DNA from: Macrostomum hystrix | Lineage: Eukaryota > Animalia > Platyhelminthes | NCBI GenBank assembly: GCA_950097015.1 | Contig: CATNEN010000009.1 | Span: forward strand, 868,001-932,000 | Direction: 5' to 3' | Length of the DNA: 64,000 bases | Shown here: piece by piece, positions 1 through 10,900 of the stretch | How positions within the stretch are numbered: position 1 is the stretch's first letter | Layout of the letters: the number at the start of each line of letters is the position of its first letter | Notes under the pieces: model-generated | Database searches by the model: none | Seen by the model: only the letters and a program-made list of their open reading frames with translations | Told to the model about the DNA's origin: nothing | Position numbers and translations under genes: made by a program

Positions 1-1954
1 TTGGAGTTCACTCTGTTACATGATCACAGTGTCCTGTAAATTAGTAAGTTAGTAATTTAGTAAATTTCGTAGAACCAAAAGCTTTACATTCCATATGTAA
101 TTTGTTGTTCAAATCATTGCAAAGCTTTTAAACTGCCTTTAGGCTTTAAGTTTTCAGAAAAACTGGAGCAGAGCTGTTTTCTGTCTTATTCTTACAAGCA
201 CTAGAACTAAGGTTTGCTAGTAAGGTAACCACTAGGTCAGTGAAGATATTTACTTATTATTACTTATTATATTTACTTATTAGATATTTATGTGTACTCT
301 AATTGATTTAGTTACTTTACACGAGTGGAACACATCTATACACTAACAACATTCTCCTTTTTTAAGTTGTTAGTGATGATTCATTAACAATACTTTCACT
401 TTGTAATAACTGTCACGTTTTGTTCAAATTTAAATTTTTTAACTAGTACAACAAATAATGTTTACCTCGGTATATATTAAATTCGGTTGATTTTTATATA
501 CAATACAGATACATCATAAGCAATGTATTTTTTTATTTTAATTGTAAATACTGAAGTTTTAACATATTCGCATCATTTTCCCCATTAGATCACGTCCGCA
601 AGATTTTTTATTTGGCATTCACATTTTTTCGAAAGCCAGAGTGTGCTATGCGGTGGAAAAATTGTATCCGTCTTATAAATTCTATATTTTCCTCCCATTT
701 ACTCCGATTTTAGTACTAGAATACTCTCAAAAAGTAATATACCTGAATTCGAATGCATGCGCAAAGTAAAATGTTTTTCACGTTGTAATTTTCAGCGCAA
801 ATATTTTCCTTGCTATTTTCATAGCTCCACTTTTAGTACCATTTTGTGGCACTACTGTGATAATAGATTCGAAATTAAAAGATGTGACAAAAACAAATGA
901 CATCAACCTAGACTTAAATGTTACGTAAACTCAATTATTTTTCGTACATAAGAGCAGATCTGTCGCGAATAGACAATAGCGCTATTGTACATTGTACACA
1001 TTATTGATCGTTAAAAAACGTTAAAAAACGTTATCACCTATGTTTCGGGCAGTTCACTTAGTATTGACCGACCAATGACATGGTCGTAACAACGGAGCAT
1101 CTTTGAGCAAGATGGAGAGTAGTTTACATGTCTCTCCAGGCTAGAGAGTGGCGTGCTGCAAGCTGGGCTGGGCTAGCTGCACTTAAAACTCGAACAAAAT
1201 CAATCCAGTATGACATCGCCCAATCACCCAGTTGTTTATCATTAGTTTTCGCACGCGTACTCCAAGAAGACTTCATTCTAGAAGAATTTTCCTTCTTGTG
1301 CACTATAGCTTCGAAGATGACAAAGCTCACAGGGGGTCAGTCCTGTTGTCAGGACTTTTCTCGAATGAAAAAAAATCTATCCTGCGCTACTTTATAGTAA
1401 CATACGATTTTATTTGCTACTGATTTTTTACTAAATTTTGTCTGTGATAAAAATCCTCACTTATTCTGGCTACGAGCTCTGCCGTAGTTTGGCTGCATAT
1501 TTTTGGCCTTATTAATTATGCGAGTATGAAGTCAGGGGCGCGCGCAGAACCAACAAGTTTACCATCAACGCCTCATGGTTTGTGCGAAGTCTAGCAATCG
1601 ACTCTGGCTGGTCCCATAGGCAGGTAAAGAAGAGAAGCTCTTCTATTCTGCAGGCTTTTTTCAGTCTGCGCTCAGGTGTTCCAATTGGTACGCAATTCAT
1701 TTCCGAGGGCTTCAGTGCGCAGAGCTGAAGGAAAGCTTTCACTACGGAATTGTGCGGGGTAGGCTTGGAATGAAATCCGAATTGTACCACGCAGTCGCGA
1801 ACTAGATTGGAATAAATGCAAAGCCTTCAATGAAGGAGAGCATCCAGTGGGCGTGATACAATCGCTGCGAGACGCCAGAAACGCTCGAGGACGAAGTAAA
1901 AATTGTGCTCGACTCAGTCTGCTATTGAACATAAAGGTCACTCCAAAAGTAAAA

Positions 1955-4900
1955 ATGACTTCAGATTTTTTTTCATCTCGAATTTTTTTTACATCGTCTG
2001 GGGCTTGGCAGCGCCTGCGGCACATTCTACTGCCCTTCCTGATCTGCTGGTCACTCAGCTTCGCCTCCGTTGCCCCTCCAGTGCCTGCAGCGTAAGTGAC
2101 AACACTGCATTTGGCTGCAGCAGAGGGCTTCAGGAATGCAGCAGTTACCCCACTTAGCTGATTTGTGAGAAGCTCGCGAGGAGCGCTTTGGAAAAGTCGA
2201 CAATTCGGGAAATGTATATTTTCAGAACTGCGGGACTTTGAGTTTGAGTTTTGAGTTCGAACCGTCAGTTTTTAAGTTCACCCATCCCTGCCAAACACAA
2301 CACGAACACAAACACAACTAGAATAAGTATTTAGACTTGCCCCAATCGGGTCAGAGCACAGCCGCAGCTATTGCGCGGCGCGTCTGAAAGCTGCGTTCGG
2401 CGGTTCAGTCCATGGACTGGGGGGAGCCACACTTACGTACCCTAAATACCAGCTGATGTACCAGCTGATGTATCAGCTGATGTACCTGATGCTGGTACCA
2501 CTTAATGGCTGGGTGAACTGAAGCGATGCTGAAAGGCACAAATTGTTCCAATGCAGTCGGGAATCGAACTCCGACCTTCAAGTCGAAAGTCCATCACTCT
2601 AACTACTAGGTTACAACCCCCATCGTTCTAAAGTACACACGTACTCAGCAGCTAAAAGAGTAACATCAGTTGTTTGTTGCCATGCAGTTAAGCTGTGGCA
2701 TCGCTAAGAATGACTGCAGTCCGCAGACCGCGAGTGCTACCCCGCATGGTCAGCAGTAGTACGTCCAAGTTAAACTGGGCGCCACCTGATCACCAGGCCC
2801 TGACCACCTGAAGCCGCTACCAGCTCATTATTAAACCGTTCGAACTTTTTCCTACAGTACTCATGTAGTCTTGTACGAGACGAAGGACACTCTCGCCGTG
2901 CATTGAAAATGATGTCACATGTCACATTCTTGAAGAAACACCGGAACTTCAATTGACATTGTGCTTGCGCTGCAATATTACAGAATGCTTGAGCATTTAT
3001 TAAGTGCGAATGTATGTATCTGCAAAATTCACTGGGTACAATGGTGGTCTTATTGTGAAGATCGATGTTTTGCCCTGCTGGATCACATCCGAACCGCTTG
3101 TGGACCCACAGACAGTTCCTGGTGCTGGCGCCCAGCTCGCTGCAGCCCGGTCAGCGCTGGTCAGCCCAGGTGCACTGCCTCAGCCTGGCCCACCGGCCGG
3201 CCAGCCTGCATCTGCGAATCAGTCGCATCACTCACCGGAGTCGACCGGGCCCGGGGCCAAGCCTCGACGACGCTTCCGATCGAAGTGGTGACTCGGTTGG
3301 CTCGCGCGCGGTGGAGGAACTATTCGAACACCCTGGACAGACCCGACTGGTGCAGCTCAAAGTGAGCAATTGTGATGTGAAGTAGTCGTAGAAAAAATAA
3401 ACACTTGCTCACCGGATGGCATTTCACAGCTTCACAATACCTTTTACAATGGCCTAGATTCCAGAGACCTGGCAAGATGGTGAGTACCAACTCAAAGCCG
3501 AGGCGCGCCACAATAATGCCATGCTCTGGTCCGAGACCCGACGGCTCCAGATGGACGCCCGCACTCTAGCCATCATCATCCAGCTCAGCTCGCCCGTGTA
3601 CAGCATCAGCCGGGGCCTCCGGTTCCGCGTAATCGCCATTCGCAAGAATCTGCTTCTGGCCCGAGTGACGCTGGATCGCGTCGAAGTGGTCGATCCGAAT
3701 GGCGTCGTTGTCCGGCGCTGGCTGTCACAGACTGTAGGCGCCGAGGGATTCCTGGAGTTCGCTATGCCGCTGAAGCCAGTGTTCACCGAGCTCCGTTGGA
3801 CCGTGCGCTGCTGGCACCGAGGCGTCGCGCAAGAGCGCCACTTCAGCGCCATCAACATCGCCGGCAAGGTTGGCGTCCCATTGGTCGTGAACGCTTCCCT
3901 GCCGCGCAGCCTGGCCTCTGACGCTTTCGGTGTCTACGGCCGGCTCGAGGCGGTCCGCGACAATCAGGAGCCGGTGACGGGCAACGCCAGTCTGGCTCTG
4001 ACGCTCTCCACGGCAGCCTGGGGCAGAGGCAACGTCCTGGCTAGACTCACCAGAGACATCAAATTTGTGAGCCATGAAAAGCTGCTCTTGGCATGATACT
4101 TTGATACTTTGACACATTGATAACACACACTGCCTGATAGTGAAAAGTCAGAGCTCATGTACATACATGTGAGAGCTTGCCTGAGTACGTTATGCCTTAC
4201 GCCTAAGCCCCAAAATTTGCCAGTTCCAGGGCGGCGGTGATTTCCTCTTCACAATGCGGGAGATTGCGAATGCAATCGGCACCCTGAAGGTGGCTGGTAA
4301 CGCCTGGCTCACGCTGGAGGGCCGGGTGCTGGACTGGCAGACCTGGGCTGCCGGCTCCGACAGGGCGTCAGCCTTCCTGTTCGATTCGAGCCCGCGGTTG
4401 AAGCTGTTGGGCGGCCGGCTGCGCACGTTCCGTCCAGGATTCGATCTCATGACGCATGTGAGACATTCAGTCATTATTCTTCCACATTTGGGGCCTGTAG
4501 CCTAGTGGTTAAAGCGTCGGATTCACGAATTGAACGTTTGGGGTTCGATTCTTGACTCCATTGGAACAATGGTAATAATAATAATAATAATATTTGTGAC
4601 CCATCATTTAGTGGCACTAGACCCACAGCCAGCAAGGAGGCAATTCTTGCCGTTTCGCTGACTCCTGAGCACCCACGCACACAGATACTGAACGCAGGCA
4701 CACGCTCATACAGGTAGTACATCTGCCCTGACTTTCTCATCGTCAGGCAGTGTACATTTCACTGTGCCTTGGAGGTTGGCCCTCAAGGGCGTAAATTGCA
4801 CGACAATTGGAACATTGTCCTTTAGCAAGATACTCCACTCTGCATTGCTTCAGTTTACCCAGCTGTTAAATGGGTGTTAAAATCAGTTGGGGTAATTGTG

Positions 4901-7900
4901 TGTGGGTGTAATGTCTCCCCAGTGCATGGACTGAACAGCCTTCAGATGGGTCGCACAATTCTGCGGCTGTGCTGTCGGCTGCAATCCTGGCCCATTTGAG
5001 GCAGGTGTAAAACTAGTTAATGTTTCCACATGCGGGTGATTCATTAGCGGGTCCTTCCTATCACTTCAAAGGCGTACATCTACCGGCCAGATGGCATGCA
5101 GATCCGAGCTATCAACCAGCGAGTTATCTTGGACGCTGCTTGCACAAGCGGTGGCAGCGACATCGGCGCCGACGTCAGCCGAAGGTCAGTGACGGCGCAG
5201 GTGCCGGATTCGGGCCTGGCATCGGTGCGGCTGTCGCTGAGTCCGCAGTGCCGGTCCTACCGGCTGCAAGCGACTCTGCAGTCGGCGGGCCACGGCTCCG
5301 GGGCCACCGACTGGCAGACTGTCCGAAGGCATCGCGGCGGTAGCGGCGAACAAAACGTCGACAAAAGCAGCGGCAGCGTCGGAATCGGCGGCCCAGCAGT
5401 CAGCGACTTTGGCGGCTTCAGGCAGCAGCTTCAGGTCACGCTGCTGCAGGCGGACGTTCTGAGGCCGGTCAGGGCGGACAGCTTTGCCGCGTTCCGCCTG
5501 GCCTGCACCGACTACGTGCCACGAATTCACTACCTGCTTGTGTCCGGCGCTGCGGTGCACGTCTCCGGTGGGATGGGATGGGATGGGATGGGATGGGATG
5601 GGATGGGATGGGATGGGATGGGATGGGATGGGATGGGATGGGATGGGAGGGAATGGAATGGGATGGCATGGGATGGGAGGGAATGGGATGGAATGGGATG
5701 GGATGGGCTGGGATGGGATGGGATGGGATGGGATGGGATGGGATGGTGTGGGATGGGATGGGATGGGATGGGATGGGATGGGATGGGATGGGATGGGATA
5801 GGATGGGATGGGATGGGATGGGATGGGATGGGATGGGATGGGATGGGATCGGAGTGGATAGTACAGTTTAGGAATAACAAGCCTTTTTAAAACTCCGCCA
5901 CAGGCTTCCTGGACATGCCGCCGGGTGTGCGGTCTCGCTCGTTCAGCCTGGCTGTGTCGCGGGACCTGATGCCAGTGGCTCGGCTTGTGGCCTACTGCCA
6001 CCTGGCCCGCCTCAGACCAGGCTTCAGCAGCGATCACGGCACGGGTTACGGCATCGGTCACGGAGCCGAGTTCCGTCTGCTAGCCGACTCTGTGGCGTTC
6101 CGCATCGAGCCGTCGCTGGAGGCTGCCTCGTCACGAGTTCGGCTGTCGCGCGGCACGGACCTGTCCGGACGGAGGGTGAGCGCCCTCGCCGAGGGATTCC
6201 CGCAGGGCGGCTTCCTGTTGAACTCGGCCGTGCCGCTGGACCTGTTCGCCACGTCTGGCGACGCTACCGTTTTGCTATGGGAGAGCGTGAGTTGCTATGG
6301 GAGAGCGTGAGTTGCTATGGGATAGCGTGAGTTGATATGGGAGAGCGTGAGTTGATATGGGAGAGCGTGAGTTGCTATGGGAGAGCGTGAGTTGCTATGG
6401 GAGAGCGTGAGTTGCTATGGGAGAGCGTGAGTTGCTATGGGAGAGCGTGAGTTGCTATGGGAGAGCGTGAGTTGCTATGGGAGAGCGTGAGTTGCTATGG
6501 GAGAGCGTGAGTTGCTAGGCGGTATCAGAGTTGCTATGGGAGAGCGTGAGTTGCTAGGCGGTATCAGAGTTGCTAAGGAAGAGCGTGAGTTGCTAAGGGA
6601 GAGTGTGAGTTGCTAGGCCGGCATCGGAGTAGTTGAGGCAGCTGAAAACTCAGATTTCCCTACTCAGATCTCGGCCGAGCTGTCAAAATTCGATCGGCAC
6701 CGAAATCAGCCATTGCGGATGAGCAGTTGGTCGGACTCACTGCCGGTGCCGCAGACCCGCCACCTGCCCGCGCCATCCAGTGGATTGGACGCAGCTGAAG
6801 TTCTTCGCGACGCCGGCCTCGTCGTGCTGGGTGGCGGCGAAGAAGATTTGGGAAGTGAGTTGAGTTGGCTGGGATGCGGTTAGGGATTTGAGTCTTTTGA
6901 AGATTTTGGTTAGCAAATAGACTACTCCGTCCATCCTTGCCTCAGAGGCGGGCTGCAATGCGACTCGTGGCAACTCCAGCCAGTGTGAAATAGGGGTCTT
7001 CGACTCAACCAGCACCGACACCGACGATCCGCCATCGCCGATTGCGCCTGCCGAGGCAACGCCGCATCGCATGGCCTACCGGCATGTCAACTACGATGAC
7101 ACCTGGTTCTGGCGCTCCACCTACTGCATGTGCGTGCAGCCTCTGGGGTGGAAGCTGGTGCTGGGGTGGGGATGGAAGCTGGTGCTGGGGTGGGGATGGA
7201 AGCTAGTGCTGGGGTTGGGATGAAAGCTAGTGCTGGGGTGGGGATGGAAGCTAGTGCTGTGGTTTAGGATGAAAGCTAGAGCTGGGGTTGGGATGGAAGC
7301 TAGTGCTGGGGTTGGTATGGAAGCTAGTGCTGTGGTTTAGGATGAAAGCTAGAGCTGGGGTTGGGATGGAAGCTAGTGCTGGGGTTGGGATGGAAGCTAG
7401 TGCTGTGGTGGGGATAGAAGCTAGTGCTGGGATGAGGATGGAAGCTAGTGCTGTGGTGGGGATGGAAGCTAGTGCTGGGATGAGGATGGAAGCTATCACT
7501 GGGGTGGGGATGGAAGCTGATGCTGCGGGGAGATGGAAGCTGGCGAAGGAATGAGGATGGAAGTTGGCACTGGGGTGGGGATGGAAGCTGGTGCTGGGGT
7601 GGGAAGCAGTGGTTGTTGAGCAAATTACTCTGTGTCAAAGAAACCCTAATCGCAGGGGCACTCACGGGATGGCACTGCCAGATGCGACCTCGCCGAAGCG
7701 CTGGGACACCACCTGGGTGATGGGGTCGGTGTTGCTGCACCCAACCGAAGGCCTGGTGCTGCCGGCGATGCCGCCGCAGCTGTTCTCGCCGGCCAGGCGC
7801 TTCTTCGCGACGATGGAGGCGCCAAAGATTGCCGTGCTGGGCGAACAGGTCGGCGTCCGGGTGGCCTTGTTCAACCGCTGGAGCTACTGGATAGAGGTAC

Positions 7901-10900
7901 TGGATGGTAGGAGGTACTGGATGTTAGGAGGTACTGGATAGCAGCAGGTACTGGATGGTAGGAGGTACTGGATGGTAGGAGGTGCTGGATGGTAGGAGGT
8001 ACTGGATGGCAGCAGGTACTGGATGGTAGGAGGTGCTGGATGTTAGGAGGTACTGGATGGTAGGAGGTACTGGATGGTAGGAGGTGCTGGATGTTAGGAG
8101 GTACTGGATGGCAGCAGGTACTGGATGGTAGGAGGTGCTGGATGGTAGGAGGTGCTGGATGGCAGCAGGTACTGGATGGTAGGAGGTACTGGATAGCAGC
8201 AGGTACTGGATGGTAGGAGGTGCTGGATGGTAGGAGGTACTGGATGGTAGGAGGTGCTGGATGGCAGCAGGTACTGGATGGTAGGAGGTACTGGATAGCA
8301 GCAGGTACTGGATGGTAGGAGGTGCTGGATGGTAGGAGGTACTGGATGGTAGGAGGTGCTGGATGGTAGGAGGTACTGGATGTTAGGAGGTACTGGATGG
8401 CAGCAGGTACTGGATGGTAGGAGGTGCTGGATGGTAGGAGGTGCTGGATGGCAGCAGGTACTGGATGGTAGGAGGTGCTAGATGGTAGGAGGTACTGGAT
8501 GTTAGGAGGTACTGGATAGCAGCAGGTACTGGATGGTAGGAGGTGCTGGATGGTAGGAGGTACTGGATGGTAGGAGGTGCTGGATGGCAGCAGGTACTGG
8601 ATGGTAGGAGGTACTGGATAGCAGCAGGTACTGGATGGTAGGAGGTGCTGGATGGTAGGAGGTACTGGATGGTAGGAGGTGCTGGATGGTAGGAGGTACT
8701 GGATGTTAGGAGGTACTGGATGGCAGCAGGTACTGGATGGTAGGAGGTACTGGATAGCAGCAGGTACTGGATGGTAGGAGGTACTGGATGGTAGGAGGTG
8801 CTGGATGGTAGGAGGTACTGGATGGTAGGAGGTACTGGATGGCAGCAGGTACTCGATGGTAGTAGGTGCTGGATGGTAGGAGGTACTGGATGGTAGGAGG
8901 TGCTGGATGGTAGGAGGTACTGGATGATAGGAGGTACTGGCTGATAGGAGATAATAAATGTTTCAGCAGCTGAAACATGTCAGAGAGCTTCTTTACCCGA
9001 CCGGCAGGTGCTGGTTGAGCAGCAGGCCAGCTCCTCGATTGCCTCGCTGCGCCGGCAGGCCGATGGTTCGTTCGCAACGGTGAGCGGGCAGCGGTTGCAC
9101 ACGCTGGTGCGCCTGGCCGCTGGCGAAACCAGACGGGTTCACCTAGCCGTGGTGCCTCTTGGCCTGGGCGTCTGTTCCGTCAGGATCTGCGCCTTCGCGC
9201 ACCTCAGCAGCGACTGCGAGACAGTCAGCATCCGCGTCAGGGTGCGTCAGGATTTGATTCCCTGCAGTGGCAAGACCGGGATTCTAAACTCTTGTACCTC
9301 ACAGACATCTACTTCCCAACAGACTGAACCCATTTGCTGCCCAGCTCATCTATTTACCAGCTCATCTATTTACCAGCTCATCTATTTACCAGCTCATCTA
9401 TTTACCAGCTTATCTATTTACCAGCTTATCTATTTACCAGCTCATCTATTTACCAGCTCATCTATTTACCAGCTCATCTTTCCACCAGGCTCCCGGGGTG
9501 ACCAACCGGTACCACACTTCGCTCCTGCTTGACCTGGTATCCCAGTCGAAAACTTCGTCGCCGCGCCTCGACATCTTCGCCGAGGCCTCCTTCGTCCGGC
9601 CACACGACCGCTGGCTGAACTACGTTCCCGGCTCCAAGTGGGCGGCGGTCACGGCTGTCGGGGACATCGCCGGCCCGGCCGCCGGGCAGCTCGCCATGTC
9701 GCCGGCTGGCGAGGGGCTGTCCGGGGCCGAGGAGGCCGTCGGGCTGCCAGACGGCACGGCGGAGTCGGCGGTGTTCGGCCTGCTGTGGAACGCCCAGCTG
9801 CTCGACTTCCTGGCCCGCATTGGCCAAATCTCGCAGCGCGATTTGAGCACAAGAATCGCCAAGTTGGTCGGGGCTGGGGTGGCCGCACCAATGAATCTGA
9901 GTCTTGAGCTTATGGGAAACCCCAAGTATTCCTACTGAGGCTGGACCCCAAGGCAGAGAGAATTCCAGCACTGCTTGACAAGTAAATTGCTGGTCGAGAT
10001 GCACTTTAGAGAGCGCCTGTGCTGTGTGAGTGCCTGTGAGCATGTTTCTGTGCTGTGTGAGTGCCTTTGAGCATGTTTCTGTGCTGTGTGCCTGTCACCA
10101 GTTCCCACAGCAGGTTGGAGAATAGGTAATAAGTTTCATTGGACACTGACAGCGTGACGTCACCGACCCTGCTGCAGCTTCAGCCCCATCCTGGCCCGCC
10201 TGTCCGCGCACGTCGGCCCTGACGGCGGCTTGGCCAATCAGCACGGCCGCTACCTGGGCGAGTCGAGCAGCCTGCTGACAGCGCTGGCCGTACTGGCGCT
10301 GGCGGAGACCTCCAGATCCGAATGGAACCAGCAGGTTTTTGTGCCCGACACCCTGATACACCGCCTGGTGGGATTCCTCGCGTCCGCGCAGGCAAGTTGG
10401 GATTAATGTGTATGAGAAGGGATTAGTGACGGAGAAGAGATGGGATTAGTGGCGGTTAAAAGAAGGGATTAGAGGCGGTTAAAAGAAGGGACTAGTGGTG
10501 GGGAAGAGAAGGGATTAGTGAAGGGGAAGATAAGGGATTAGTGAAGGGGAAGAGAAGGGATTAGTGAAGGGGAAGAGAAGGATTAGTGAATGGGAAGAGA
10601 TGGGATTAGTGGTGGAGAATTGAAGGGATTAGTGGTGGGGAAGAGAAGTGATTAGTTAAGGGGAAGAGAAGGGATTAGTGAATGGGAAGAGATGGGATTA
10701 GTGGTGTTTAAAAGAAGGGATTAGTGGTGGGTAAAAGAAGGGATTAGTGGTGGTTGAAAGAAGGGATTAGTGATGGGTGAAAGAAGGGATTAGTGGTGGG
10801 TAAAAGAAGGGATTAGTTGTGGTTAAAAGAAGGGATTAGTGGTGGTTGAAAGAAGGGATTAGTGGTGGGTAAAAGAAGGGATTTGTGGTGTTTAAAAGAA

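Noticed and set aside
2130-2230. Possible hAT dimerisation-domain remnant (FPELSTFPKR) on the minus strand
   Set aside because: Too short, lacks the SxxSERxFS motif, and lies in Mcr intron 1.
4490-4560. Apparent tRNA genes (also at 2550-2621, 49108-49170 and 51820-51850)
   Set aside because: A and B boxes are present, but there is no complete cloverleaf, and each continues into the same ~200-bp body. These are SINE heads.
4722-4752. Hammerhead ribozyme (CUGACGA...GAAA)
   Set aside because: Only 3 nt separate the two core segments, so stem II cannot form. Kept only as a conserved hairpin.
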